Shown here: positions 51,027 through 64,000 of the stretch, in pieces
Position numbering within the stretch: the first letter of the stretch is position 1
Layout: each line of letters opens with the position of its first letter
Source: Fimicolochytrium jonesii
Lineage: Eukaryota
Assembly (NCBI RefSeq): GCF_025526975.1
Contig: NW_026515685.1
Span: 372,001-436,000 of the forward strand
DNA length: 64,000 nucleotides
Reading direction: 5' to 3'
Translations under genes and position numbers: made by a program
Notes under the pieces: model-generated
The model's input: the letters and a program-made list of their open reading frames with translations, nothing else
What the model was told of the DNA's origin: nothing
Database searches by the model: none

Positions 51027-51847
51027 ATGCAGTTCAGGAACCTCATCTCTGTCATCGCCGTTGCGGCCTCTGCCGTCGCTAGCGTGAGCGCCGCCAACAA
51101 CATTGATGCCGGTGAGTTGTAGCGGTCGAATCTCACCATCTCCTCTTCCGCATCGTAGCCTGGAAGGATTATCCCTTTGACTCATCAATTCCACTTCCAG
51201 ACCTCGCCATCAAGGTCGCCGGCGAAGCTCGGTCTCTCTGGCACGCCCACGTCACCACCGTCGGTGACTACGCCGCGGCCGTCGCAAGCAACAACAAGGA
51301 CCTCGCGAAGGCTATCCAACCCCACGCCTTGGAATCCGCCCCCAACATGACCAACTGGTTGTCGAACTGGTACACCGACAAGGACGCCCTCGCCAAGTTC
51401 CAAACGCTGTTCGCCGATCACGTCGCCACGCTCGCTGCCATCGTTGACGCTACAAAGGCCGGTGATGACCAGAAGATCGCGGATCTTAAGGTCAAGCTCG
51501 CCGACGGTGGCAAGAAACTCTCGGTCGTTATCGAGTCTCTCAACCCCGAAGCATACCCCAAGGACGTCGTCTTCGCCCTTCTTTCCGAGCACGAGAACCT
51601 CGCCGTCGCCGCTGGAGCTCAACTGATCGCACAAAAGTGGGACGAGGGTTACAACACTCAAATCACCGGTTTCGAGCAAAGCAAGCAGGTCGCTGATGCT
51701 CTTGCCAAGGGCGTTTTCCTCAAGCTCGCCAACAACACCGTTGCTCAGCCGGACACCTCGGCTCCCGTTTCGGCTGCTGTGCCCTCCGCATACGCTCGCT
51801 GGTTCATCGCACCTGCGTTGGCCGCGGCTGTCGCTCTGGCTCTGTAG
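51027..51847 (+). CDS. Secreted, possibly GPI-anchored helical protein with repeated His motifs; intron 51112-51200
   Basis: Signal peptide MQFRNLISVIAVAASAVASVSA; RSLWHAHV, LFADHV, LLSEHE; hydrophobic C-terminus. TATAAAA at 50901. Confidence 0.7.
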
Positions 51848-52163
51848 ATAGCCTACCTTTGAGATACCAGACATTTTTGTACCATACACTTACCTACCTA
51901 ATTGAATATCACTGTTACGCATAGCGCTCCAACGTTCCAAAAGTGAGCATTTCTCCTTGAGCCAGGAAAAGTAAGCTTATTGCGGTTAAGGAAATGGACA
52001 CTTCCATCACAAATAATAGAATTCAAACCAACTCATCCTCGTTCAGTATGTCTCTACCTCCCTATTCACTTCTCGTTCCCATTCTTGGAGACACAGATAC
52101 TGTACATATACAGCTGGGAGTGTATGTTTGTGTGAGTAAAGTACCCTAGTAAAATTGTGTGAA

Positions 52164-53807
52164 ATGGGCCGAAAGGACAAAGGCCTCGCGCGCCTCGCCA
52201 TTTCCGCAGGCAAAAGCATCCGCACCTTCGTCTCGCACGTCGCAAACAGCATCGACTCAGACTCAGATGACTCCGACGACGAGCACGCTCAGGCTGTCCG
52301 CCGGCTCGTGCCCAACGAGGATATCGAGGCTGGGTCCAGCAGCAAGAACGGTAAACATGGGGGCAGGCAAAAGCCCAAAGGGCCGAGTTTGCCGACCGCC
52401 GCGGCTAAGCATAAGGCTATGAAGGCGAGTGATGCGTATGAGAGGAGCATAAGGCCGGAATTGCCCCCTCGCTCGTTCTTGGGCAGAGGGTCGGGGTCTG
52501 GGACGGAGTCCGGGCCGCCGTCGCCGTCGGCATCGTCATGGAGGCCGCAGCGGAATGAGACGAAGAAGGCCTCGCGTTTTCGATATCAGTATTCGGACGA
52601 CGATGAGGAAGATGCTGGGTACGGACAACAGCAGGATGATCGCGGAACGTCGGCAATGTCGCCGAGACTACCGCCCCGCCCCGGAGAGCCCATGGGCAAG
52701 AACGCGAGCTTGCCGTCCCATCTTCGGTCAAATCCAAGCAACATCGTGTCGTCCACGGACACGTTATTCTCCGAATCCGAAGTCCCAGCCGCTCTCCGTG
52801 CCAAATCGTCCAACCCCAACTTGAATGATCAATGGCGATACCAGGCACCTCGGACGACGTATGGCACGCTCAACAGACCGTACAAGTACGCCGCTGTCCG
52901 AACTGGGAGGCTGGACGATGATGAAGGCGCGGACGAGGAATGGGATGACGGGCACGGGAACGATGATGAAGAGGAGGATGGGGCCGATGGAAGCAACGGC
53001 GGGTGGAAGGGGAAGGCCAACGGGCTACTGGCACAACTGGCGGCTGTCTCTGAATCTGCACATCAGGCTGTTGGGAAACTTGTGGGAAGGGGCGAGAGGT
53101 TGACTGATATGGCTGAGAAGACAGGTATTGAGTGTGATGAACAGCACATGTTCTGGGTTTGGGATATCCTCCAATGATACCAATTTCAATTACAGCACGC
53201 CTGGAAACAGCAAGTGCTCTCTTCAAGCGTCGCACACGGCGGGTGGAGAGCGACCGATGGTTTGCGTTGCATAGGGTAAGCAGGATGCTTGACGCCATGC
53301 CCTGCACATCGACCGTGACAGCTAACTGTTCAGCAACATTTGCTAGACGAACATGTATATGTGGTGTGGCATCATCTTCGCCACCGTCATCTTTCTGGGT
53401 AAAGTCACTCGGAAGGCGCATCGGTCATATGTTCCTTTCATTATGCTGAAGACCACTTCTTCTCCCAAACAGCCATGCTTTCGGTGATTTTCAATTTCTT
53501 GGCAACACATCGTCCTCCTCCTGCTCCCGCGCCAGCCCCTGTGCCGCCTCCGGCTGTGCCTCCACCGGCAGTACCGCCTCCTCCGGTCCCACCACCAACT
53601 GTTCCTCCACCGGCCGTTCCGCCACCAGCAGTTCCACCCCCGTCGATTCCAGCGCCGTCTCTACCTGCTCCACCATCACCATCAGGAGCGCCGATCGAAG
53701 CGCCCCCGGTTCCACCGCCATCGCTTACGCCGTCTCCTATTGTGCAGCCTCCTACAGATGTCCCTCCACCCGTGCCGACTCCATCAGTTCCGCAGGCTCC
53801 TACCTGA
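52164..53807 (+). CDS. Synaptobrevin/R-SNARE-motif protein with a long disordered N-terminus, a TM helix and a Pro-rich C-terminal tail; introns 53125-53195, 53276-53346, 53399-53472
   Basis: AVGKLVGRGERLTDMAEKTARLETASALFKRRTRRV (RGE.L..L..K...L...A..F); TM MYMWCGIIFATVIFLAMLSVIFNFLA; (A/P/T)VPPP repeats. The GT-AG introns keep the frame. Confidence 0.7.
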
Positions 53808-54255
53808 GACGTAGAATTCTGTAGGAAGATAGCTTAGAGGATGCAGAGTCTGACGCAAATAGTGCATGTGGCAAAGGGCATTTATATAGAGAGACTAACG
53901 CGACCTGGTAGAGACGTATGTAGCTTGGTGTAGTGCAAGTATTTTCATGTGGTTGCTCACGTTGGGACCCGCCCCTTCCTGCTGCGGTGCCTGTTTGAAG
54001 GATGTCGGCTGTCTGTCCAGGCTTGCTTTGCAGCCCAAGTGGGAAATGCTCGATTTTAAGCTTTTAAGGATTTAGACTCCGCGCGTATCTCCCCCTTTGC
54101 TGCCGCCGTCCCTCTTTCTTTCCCTGCAAACCATTGCCACGCAACAACCGGAGTACAGCTACAGTATACACTCGACGCAAAGCTACCGTCGCCAACGCTC
54201 AACGCTCTCCCGGCAGCACTAGTAGTGGACCAGTCTTGGTAGCGTAGCCGCCGTC

Positions 54256-57200
54256 ATGAATCGCCGGTCGTCCCACGAGGAACTCCCAGTGGCCGGTCCT
54301 CCGCTCGCTGAACCCCCAGTGCAACCGCTGCCCAACCTAAACTTACAGTTCGTCCAACCGACTTTGCCACCACAAGCGCCGGGAACCCAGTCCCCACTCC
54401 AACGCCACAATTCCGTACCTATCGAACCTCAACCCCATGCGACGATACCCATGCCCAGCCCTCCAACGGGGACGAATACGCACCGACCGCTGGAGTGGAT
54501 ACACCATACCAGCACGATGGGGACAAATATCGAGGACCTACCCAAATGGAGGCGAAAGTTGCACCGGTTTCGGCGTCGGCACGCTACATATTACCGGTAG
54601 GTCACCGCTTTAATACAGACGGGACGTGAAAAGGTTCGAGAGTCAAAGGTAACTCACCCCCCACGAAAACGGACAGGCTGCACATGGTATGGATGGTCAC
54701 CGTCGCCCTGCTAGGCTCGATCGTGATCCACTACACGACGTCGGCCGAAACAACGTACATCGACGCGCTGTATTGGGCCTCAACCGCCCACTTCGTTGTC
54801 GGTATGTGCTCATTCCCGGTAGTTTTCTTTCGAACAAGGGAAGCGCAAAAAGCCATCTAATCTGATTTTTTCTTGCGCCAGGCCTCGCCCCGGCAGACAT
54901 CGAAACCCTCTCCCGGTTCGGCCAAGTCACCATGTGGTTCCTGGCCCTCATCGGCTCGCCCGTGTTCATGTCCCTCATCCCCGTCATCATCCGCCGACGC
55001 GCCTTCAAGAAGGTCCTCCTACAGGAATTTGGTGTCACTCGCGCGGGGAAACTGAGGCGGAAGGGCGGGGATGCGAGGGAGGATGTGGATTTGAGTGATT
55101 TTGCGCTCGAGCGGACGATGACCGGGCAGGTGGATGATAATGGGATTTATGAGGAATTCGACACGCATCGCGGGAGTGGGAGTGGGAATCCATGGTTTTC
55201 AAAGGTGGATTTGCGGAGGTTGCCGAAGAGGGCGGAGAGTAGTGGTGGTGGAAAGGGGTTCCCGAAAGGCCTGGACTTGTGGCCAACGACACCGAAGGTG
55301 GCCGATGCCTCCACGCCCGGAGAGGTCCTTACTGAATCGCCTGTCAGTGTCGCATCGCAGCCGCCGGATATAGAAGGGGAGCATATCGAGATGGTCCAAT
55401 CGCCTCAGCCGATGGAGACGGAACCTAAAGGGATCTTACTACCCGAACGGACTCACGACACGTTGGTAGATGCGGGTCAGTCGACGATTCAGAGGAGACG
55501 AAACGGTGCCGACGAAATCAAGTTCGCGACTGAACCCACGGGTGAACCCACGGTCAACAAGAACCCTCCACCCGGGCAGCCTTTCGTCCGAACCCAGTCC
55601 AACGCGGCATCGTTACTCGTCCCGGACAAACACGTGCTTGAACAAGTCGGAGGCGTCGAGTATCGCGCTCTCCAATCCCTAGAGGTCAGATGATACACTT
55701 GCACACACCGGGCCCTCCTCCCAAAAGCGGGCTTATCTAATGCTTTTTCCAAAGACAGACCCTCATTCCAGCATTCTACTTTGGCACGCAACTCCTCGTC
55801 TTCCTCTTCATCCGCACCTACCTCCACCTCCGCCCCGCGCTCTCCGCGCGGATCTCCTCCACCGTCTCTCCGTGGTGGTTCTCCCTCTTCAACGCCGTGT
55901 CGACCTTCAACCAGGTCGGGATCACCCTCCTCAACGACGGCGCGACATCGTTCGGCAATGAGCCGGTGCTGATGGCGTTCTTGTGCATCCCGCTGGTGAT
56001 TGGGAACACGGGGTTTCCGGTGATGTTGCGGGTGCTGATCTGGGCGTTGGAGAGGTTTGCGGAGTGGAGGGGGGACGCGAATCGCGCGAGGGTGTATCGG
56101 TATCTGTTGAAATATCCGCGGCGGTGGTGAGTACCTCAACGTGTCCCTCCCTCCAGTTCCTTACTCCCCTCCATGTGTCCTTAATCGTTATCTACACTAC
56201 CCCAGCTTCACCAACCTCTTCGACCACCGCCAAACCCTCTTCCTCGTCTGCACCCTCCTGTTCCTCAACCTCCTCCAATTCGCATGCTCCCTCGCGCTCG
56301 ACATGACCGACCCGGCGTTCGACGGCGTGTCCCGCTTCGTCCATTTCTTCCAGTCGGTGGCAACGCGGAACGGCGGGTTTCAGGTCGTCGGGTTTGCCGG
56401 GTTGCATCCGGCGATGTTGTGGGTGTATGGTGAGGCGTCGAGTCGGGGGGTCTCTTTCTCATACGTTTTTTTTTTCGAGGGCCCGAATGTGATTCAGGGT
56501 GACTAAAAACATGATGTGTTTCCCTCACAGTTGGGATGATGTACCTCTCCTCCACGTACCCGGTCTCGGTCACCATCCGTCGGACAACAAACACATCGTA
56601 CAACCACCGCGAGCTCGTCCGCTCCTCCACCCAATCCTCCGCCACCTCCTTCTCGTCCCCGCCAACCAAGCCCAAACCCACCGAGTCCTCCATCGCGCAG
56701 ATGCGGCTGCTGATGCTGAACGACATCGTGTCGATCTTTGCAATCATCTTCTTGATATTGGTGTTTGAGGACGCGGCGGTCGGGAGACAGGGCGGGGAGG
56801 GTGAAGGCGGCCGGTTTACGATGTTTGCGTTGGTGTTTGAGGTGGTGAGCGCGTACGGGAACGTCGGGTACGTGCGTGGTCTCCCCCCATCCCCTTCTTG
56901 TCCCGCTTTTCACCCCCCCCCCCCCCCTCCCCACCCCCCGCCCCTCCCCCGCACACATTGACCGAACTCATTTTACCATTTGATTTAGATACTCCCTGGG
57001 CACGCCCACGCACCTGTTCTCGCTCTCGGGGACGTGGACGACGGCGTCGAAGCTCGCGATCATCGCGGCGATGTGTCTCGGGCGGCACCGCGGGCTGCCG
57101 TCGGCGGTGGACCAGACGGTGCGGCTGCCGACGCGGAAGGCGGTCACGCGCACGCGGGTGGTGGAGCGGGAGACCGGGCGGGAGGTCGGGGGTGGGGTTG

Positions 57201-57652
57201 GGGTCGGGGTGTATGCGGAGGGGAATCTGGAGACCGTGACGATGGGGTATGATTTGCGCGGGGTGGGCGGACGGAGGGGGGCCGCGGAGGAGAGGGAGGA
57301 CGCGGTGGGGTGGTGGACTACTGGGGAGGGGTGGGGGCAGGGGAGGCTCAGGCCCGATGACGCTGCAAATGAGGGTGTTGGGACAAGGTTGCGGAGATGG
57401 CATACGGGGGAGGTGGACCGGTCGAGCGCAAAGGGCTGGTTCGGGGATGTCTGGGCCGGTGGGAAACGAGGGTTGAGGAGGTATGGCACTGATGTGGGTG
57501 CTGGTGGGAATGAGGTGCGGGCGAGGGGTGGGATTAGCGTTGGGGATGTGTCCGCGCCTATTAGGGGAGGGAGGATTGGGGAGGAGAGGGTCGTGATTGA
57601 CCCGCCGGCGCCGACCCCAAACCAGAAACACGAGAAGGTCGCTGAGACGTAA
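54256..57652 (+). CDS. Trk-family potassium/cation transporter; many introns
   Basis: FNAVSTFNQVG, IGNTGFPV.LR, FFQSVATRNGGF, MMYLS, FEVVSAYGNVGYSLG, GRHRGLP.AVD. Confidence 0.88.
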
Positions 57653-57848
57653 CACTTTCCTTCCGTCATTGCATTCATATCACTAGACAATACCCGTATT
57701 TAAGGATACTACTGTTTTGCTCGTGAGCAAAGCTGAATGTTTACACGGTTAGATATAGTACGTAGCGTCTATGCTAAGGATATCTAGATTAGATACAGAC
57801 ATTTTAAAATCACAAGTGGTTTCTCAAAAACTCCATTCTCGGATCCAC

Positions 57849-59134
57849 CTAGATCGCCGCAGTCATAACCGCAACCACAAAAGCGCCCACTAAGCCCAAA
57901 ACCCTACCACCCACCACCGCCCCTGCTCCATTCTTGGCACCCGCCTCGGTCCCATTCCCGTTCCCCGCACTCGTTCCATTCGTCCCGTTCCCACCCCCAA
58001 CCGACGGCGCAGCAGCCGCAGTCAAAACGGGCTCCGTCAAAGCCCTCCTCGCCGCCGCGGCAATGATCCGATGCATGGCCCTGGTCGGGTGGAGGTTATC
58101 CCAAAACACGTATTCATCCGGTTTGTCACACACGGTGACATCGTCTGCGGTCCTGAGGAGCGAGATGTTTGTGATGTTTGCGGCGCGGGCTTGAGGTGTG
58201 AGGTTGATGCATTGCGCGGTCGCGTTGGTGAGGTTGTACGTGGCGGGGTTGGCGGTGACGTTGCCGTACAGGCCGAACAGGTCCAGGGTGTTGATTTGGA
58301 GATTGGTGTTTTCAGCGACGAGTGCGCGGAGACCGGTGAGGAGGATGGTGTTGTGCGCGGAAGTGATGGTTTTCGCGAGCTGGGCGACGGGGAGGGTGGA
58401 GTCGTTTGCTCTTTGGCGCAGCTTATCTGCTGTGGGACCGCCGCCGAGGTCGGGGAGGTTGAGGACGAGGAAGCGGGTTGCTTTTAAGGGTGAGGTAGTG
58501 AGGTTTCGGATGGCTTCGACGACGGAGGAAGCGATTGTTTGTGGTGAGGGGATGGTTGCAGCGAGGGTGTAGACGTAGTCGTTGCCGCCGATGAAGATGG
58601 GGTAGAGGGTTGTTGCGGGGTCGGGGATGGCGGAGGAGTGGTTGGCGAGGAAGAGGGCGAGTTGTTGGGACATGTCGGGGGGGAAGGGGGCGTCGCGGTT
58701 GGGGATGGAGGCTGGGAGGTTCTTTTTGGATGCGACGGCGCCGCCGTATGCGTAGTTGTAGTAGGTGGTGCTGTTGGGATTGGTGGTGCTGCTGCCTACG
58801 GTGCTGTTGACGAGCTGCTGGGCGAGTAGGTCGGACCAGGGCAGGCCGTTGGAGAAACGGCCTTGGAAGTAGGGTTGACGAGGGATCCCGAGTACGCGGA
58901 AGTCGTTGCCATTGTCAGAGTAGGAGTCACCAAAGAATACGAGGGTGTTGATAGGGGCGGAAGCGTCCTGTAAAAGCGAAGAGAAATGGGGTGAATACAT
59001 TGGGCTGCAATCGCGGAATATATCTATACGAGAAAGGGGTGGGAGGGACTTACAGCACGAGCACTGAGGGGCGAGGCCGAGACGAGACCAGCGGAGGCCA
59101 GGGCGGCGGTGAAGATGGTTGAGAGGAGGAGCAT
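57849..59134 (-). CDS. Secreted GDSL/SGNH esterase (possible GPI anchor); intron ~59052-58968
   Basis: Signal exon MLLSTIFTAALASAG; FGDSYSD, GRFSNG, NYAYGGA, IGGND, FWDNLHP; hydrophobic C-terminus. Confidence 0.88.
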
Positions 59135-59797
59135 TGTGCGCACGGCTGGTGTGAGCTGGGAGTCTTGAACGATATGAGGAGGAGGAGGAGGACCTGCTCC
59201 TTCCCTTCCTGCCTTATGTACAGTCCTTATGTACAGTAGTGTGGGTGTTTACAAATCCATAGAAAAAGCGTGCGGAAGAACGGAACGTTGTTGTCCCTCT
59301 TCGGAGCCGCAAGGAGGGGATGTCGAAGGCGGTCTGTCGCAACGTCGGCCAGTGAACAAAGTCCGCCTTCGTTCGCGCTGGAGAGAAGTTGAAGAGAGAG
59401 AGAGAGGGCGTGTGTGTCCGGAAACGGCGTCCGGATCCTCCCTCCCTCCCGCGGGTCATTCCATTCCATCCAATCCAATCCAATCAACCCGGCTCGCGTG
59501 TCGCACAGAAAGAGTCACGCCCGCCTTGTAACAGGAGACATGCTGAGTCGGGGTTAGGGTTGGGGTGGCGCTCACAGGACTCCACGTGACGGGCTAGGTA
59601 GTTTAAATCCCTGTGGTATAAAAGGGTCTTTTTCGGAGTTGCCTTTTATGATTACATACGGGAGTTGAGGACGAATACTGTTGCACGCCTCCATCTCAGA
59701 TTCTCCACGCGCGTCCAACGATCAATCAAGACGCATTCAGGTTCATCAAGATCCATCTCAAAGTCACCGCTCGGACAACCGAACGATACGGACGATC

Positions 59798-60871
59798 ATG
59801 AACACAGACATATTCGCCGCTCTCAGGGCCCCGACGCTTCCCTTGGAGCTCATACCGCTTATCTTCAGCTACTCGGCAAAGAGGGATCAGATGCAAATGC
59901 TGCTCGGATGTCGCACCTGGCACACGCTGCTGATTGAAAACCTGTATGCACGGATACGCATAGTGAACGAGAAGCGGCTTGACATGCTGTTCAAAACGCT
60001 CGTGGTTCGACCGGAGCGCTTTTCGTGGATCAAGAGTTTCGAACTGGGAAATGGACCCCGTCCCGCAGACGAAGACGACAGACGCTGCGGCCCGCTGGCT
60101 GTTGCGCAACTCCATACCGTTCTCCTTATGACGCACCTCGAACAGATAACCTTCACCCTCCATACGCAAAAAAGTCATCACGAAGACAAGTATACTTTTG
60201 GATGGAACCGAGGGCGGATGTTCTTCGGATTTCCCGAGTTCGAGCTAGACGAGTATGGTTTAGGCGAAGATAGCCTTAGAAGTCTTCTGAAAACACTCTC
60301 CTGGCGGTACGCAAATGAGACCGTACACGTCGACAGCAAGCAACTGCCGCCCATCGCCCTGCCCCATTTCCCGTGCCTAATGAAGGTCACAGGAAACGCC
60401 GATGATTTGATCAACGATCGATTTTGGCGGGTCCCGGCCGTCACACGCCTTCAAGTACATGCGAGTTATGAGTTTCACGAGCATGATGCCAGGGAGCTGT
60501 TCTCGGATCTTCCAGAAACAATATGCTCCTTGGACGTGGAATTTTGGGGGGTTCCATTAGTGCTCCCGAAATGGTCCAATCGGATGCCCATCCGGGTACT
60601 CAGATATCTTATTCCGCTTCTGACTGTAACGAATGCGATGGCAACAGCGTGGGAGGCAGAACTCATGCATTACAATGGAGGCGGCGTGTTGGAGATTGTC
60701 GCCAATGGCAGTGTTAAGACGGCTACGGGCTACGAGGCAGCCATGGTGGGTCTTGTGCGCATAGCGGAAAGAAGCAAAAAATTCCACGACGTCTGCCTCA
60801 GGTGGATACCGATCCACTATAACGATTCAGGCTCGATCCGCTATGATCAAGGGTGGAGCTACGCGGATTAG
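59798..60871 (+). CDS. F-box-like protein; intronless
   Basis: LPLELIPLIFSY...LLGCRTWH....NLY at the N-terminus. Confidence 0.6.
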   Translation: MNTDIFAALRAPTLPLELIPLIFSYSAKRDQMQMLLGCRTWHTLLIENLYARIRIVNEKRLDMLFKTLVVRPERFSWIKSFELGNGPRPADEDDRRCGPLAVAQLHTVLLMTHLEQITFTLHTQKSHHEDKYTFGWNRGRMFFGFPEFELDEYGLGEDSLRSLLKTLSWRYANETVHVDSKQLPPIALPHFPCLMKVTGNADDLINDRFWRVPAVTRLQVHASYEFHEHDARELFSDLPETICSLDVEFWGVPLVLPKWSNRMPIRVLRYLIPLLTVTNAMATAWEAELMHYNGGGVLEIVANGSVKTATGYEAAMVGLVRIAERSKKFHDVCLRWIPIHYNDSGSIRYDQGWSYAD

Positions 60872-62887
60872 CTTTGTGGGAAGTGAAATTGAGCTGGAAA
60901 CTTATCTCCATTGTTCTCTAAACTTGGCGCTTAAAACTGAAAAATAGGTTGCAGAAGTTTGTACGTAGGCGGAAGGAGAGGCTTACAAAGACATCTTCTG
61001 TTGATATTCGACCAATGCTCAGGGTCACTCACTACCCGGGCGGAGCTGTTCCGATCAAAAGAATGAGATTTCCGCTTCTTGTCGCCATCCATTTTCCGTG
61101 TTCTTCGAGTAGGAAGCAACTTGATCTCTTGATTCCCGAATCCTTGAAAGCGTTCGTCGCCGATCTCAGGATAATTCGACACGATATTCCCTACGCTTGT
61201 ACTCGCATTATGCCAAAGTCCGTGTGACTTCTGACTTCTGGATTCTGCTCGTTGCGATAGCGGCACATCCAGTCATTGGCTGTTCTTCTTGTCATGCGTG
61301 ACAATTCCCCATGGTTGCTAATAGACCGATATATGGTATATATATTTGAAGGCCATCCCAATACGAGTATGTGAACACACGATGCGCGCTCTCACCAGCC
61401 TCCCAGCCATGGGCCCTCCTTCACCCAACATTTCAAGGCATCGTCGCACACATGCTACGAATAATGAGACCTCGCCCCGTACGTGTCTGTTCTCGCATTT
61501 TACCTGGGCAACTTCCGTTCATGCCATCTCTCGACTTGCTCTGAAATCGATTATCATTGCGGCCATTGGTAAGCGACGGCACTGGAGTTAATCGGCGGAC
61601 TGCGCTACTATACGTTAATCCGTGCGTCGTCATCAGCTGCGTTGGGGACGTGGTGCTGTCACTACTGTCATTACCTAATAGTAAAACGCGTCGAGTTCCA
61701 CCGCAAAACGCGTCCTGTATCCGACAGGAGGCTGCGTGCTATATACCCCCAAATATGAACGATCTCTTTGTCGAGCTCATATAGCAGCGGACGGCTCCTA
61801 GTTCCGGGACCTTCCTAGTCGAACTCTTTCAAGGTCCTTGACAGATAGTTTACAATCAAATGCGGGTTATGAATATGACGATGCAAGTGACATCCGTGTT
61901 CTGTCGCAGGCGAGGGCACGTAACTTACATCCTCCACAGGTTCGCCAGAACGCATTGTGCGTTTTTACTCCACCGTCGCAGTCAGACTGGCCGACTCTCG
62001 AGCAAGTAGCTGCAGCAAACCGAGCGGTAATGGAACAAGCCAGCCAGGAGCCGTATCTGCCCTCAGCCGCGAAGCAGTTCGCAGCATAATGCAAGGGTAG
62101 CGGTGCCACCGGAAAGTCGCGTACGGCATCATGAAGAACCCATTCGCCCCTTGATGGAAACAAAAGGACAGCATATACTATAGCGCTTTCGAACGTGCAA
62201 GATAATGGCTGGGTCGGGACGGCCTCCGGGCAGGAGTGTGCTGCTGGCCGCAACTACGAACCATATGAGCGCAGATGAGCCTGCCGCGTGGATGAAAGTA
62301 GACAGTAGCGCCTTACTTACTGAAAGACAATAGCTGGATCCGGAGGGTCTCCGCGGCTGAGTGTGCTGAAGCCGCGGCCCGTTCGGAAAAGGCGCGTAAG
62401 ATAGATGCAACTCTTCTATCCCATTCTATCTCTTAGGGAGGGGGGGGGGGAGGAAGGTACGGGCAGAATATTCATAAATGGACATCGGACGAAGGGACTC
62501 ACAAAGGATGAACCATCGCAGGCTTTTCGTCAGGGGCGCATGAAATCTCTTCTTCTGCATGGGCGGCCCACAATTCATCTCTTATTTCTTGAGGTATCAC
62601 ACAACACATAAACTTTAATGGCCCACATATATGCACAGACAACATCGGCGCAAAATCACCGACTGACTACATACACGTTTTCATCAGATACACAGAACAG
62701 AAAGAGGAAGACGGGATCAAGCCACCAGGGTGGACTACAGACATATACAAGTAGAAAAAGAGTAACATACAGTCCCAAAAATTGTAGCGTTCGTTTGGAT
62801 GGGTAATTACGACGCACGAGGCTTAAGCGAGGCAAGAAGATTTTAATAGAGTTGGCAGATTGGATGTTTGCACGATTGTGTTTGATT

Positions 62888-64000
62888 TCAGACGATTTGT
62901 GTGGAGCGCACGTGGAAGTTGACGATGGGGCGGAGGTTTGTGGATCTGTGCTGGATAGAGATGATGAAGGGGTCTGTTGGGTGGAATATGTATACGACGT
63001 AGCGTCTAGACAAGTTGGGAGAAGTGTCGGTAAGCCACCAACGCAACACATAGTCGTACCATAACCGATGAAAAAACGTACTTGATATTCCATCCCCACC
63101 GCCCCGCGTTCCGTTCATCCGAGTCGAGTTTGAACTTGAGTCGTCCGCTAGCTCTGTCAAAGAATTTGGCAGGGAATTCTCCGGCTGGACGCGGACGGTC
63201 GTAGTTGTTTACGAGGCGGGTGTCGTAGCTAAAGCTGTCTTGGTCGAGGTAGGGCGATTCGATGAAGCATTGGTTGTTGTAGGGAAGCGGGCCTGAGGCG
63301 CGTTTCAGGGCTTCCGCTGGTCTACGAGGTGGTGTGGAGACAGCAACGAACGTGTTAGCAATCGACAAAGTGTGATGATTGAAGAGTGGCTATTGAAAGT
63401 GGTAGATTTGCGAAATGAAGTGCTTACCCTCCATTCTTAGCCTTCTTAACAGCTGCAAACTGCTTGCGAAGTGCTTCCCTGGCCATCAGGCTGTCACACG
63501 GGTGGGTGATGTACGGTTGAGCGAAAGGATTCGGCGCTCCAAACAGTTCGGGTACGTTTTGCAGCATGGCGTACAGCCGCTCGGAAGCTTGCTCGTAGAT
63601 TCCCAGCACGGTCGCGCTCGAGATGCAGTAGACCACGTAGAGGCAACCGCGAGATAGGTTGGCATTGTCGGGACGCTGTGAAACCGAAGGATGAGAAGGG
63701 ACGTCTTCGCTGTATACATCTTATACAAGACAAGAGCTTACCGTTCCAGGTGTGATGACAGGTGCGCCGAACTTGATCAACACCTGGTCGTCTGACAGGA
63801 ATTGCATCCGAGACATGACCAGTTTGCTAAGTGTAGTGAAGCTTTGATGGAAGTTGTGCATGTGACTGATGAAGAGAGGATCGAGGACGTGAGCTGTGAC
63901 GATATACGACAAGAGATCCGCTGATTGACTCACCCAGAGCTCTTGTTGTTGCGCGCTTCGAGATATGAGAATGCCAGAATGCGATGTTTCAGTCCGCTCA
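62888..64000 (-). CDS. DET1: DET1 (de-etiolated 1) homolog, 3' part; spliced, continues beyond the window end
   Basis: MQFLSDDQVLIKF, AKNGG, LP...Q...SPYLD...FSYD, PAKFFDRASGRLKFKL, FHPTDPFIISIQ, VNFHVR. Confidence 0.85.

Noticed and set aside
56913..56950. Poly-C tract
   Set aside because: Low-complexity sequence inside a Trk intron; prone to sequencing error.
59549..59566. GGGTTAGGGTTGGGG telomere-like motif and nearby (CCAAT)n
   Set aside because: Too short to be meaningful.
60900..62800. Short ORFs between the F-box gene and DET1
   Set aside because: No recognisable product or consistent splice chain.

Overview
This is gene-dense eukaryotic DNA with short GT-AG introns. It most likely comes from a zoosporic (chytrid-like) fungus, inferred from a flagellar CFAP97/Hemingway gene, DET1 and an egghead-like GT2 alongside fungal-type STB6, Trk and PARP-UBC genes. 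About 25 genes are recognisable, including RPL29, cytosolic SHMT, GPATCH4-like, Trk, DET1, DUF1917, GDSL esterase and F-box. The most notable elements are: (1) a 5.2-kb cassette (34963-40197) bounded by 114-bp direct repeats (112/114 identical), carrying a TA-flanked MITE, an HNH nuclease gene, a 5'-truncated and frameshifted NiCoT fragment and an intronless DUF2236/mpaB-like oxygenase; (2) an adjacent orphan MalA-like flavin-dependent halogenase with a C-terminal Cys4 motif; (3) a secreted Kex2-type repeat precursor (KR-DDTE-GYGGYGG, with three G-KR junctions) that the ORF track misses; (4) an oomycete GP42-type transglutaminase elicitor with a Pep-13-like motif and a His-to-Asp change next to the catalytic Cys; (5) a synaptobrevin-like protein with a long Pro-rich tail after its membrane anchor; (6) a hybrid histidine kinase with a bacterial-like dCache sensor; and (7) a second small MITE. 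All family calls come from motif recognition by eye. No database searches were run, and exon boundaries are manual.
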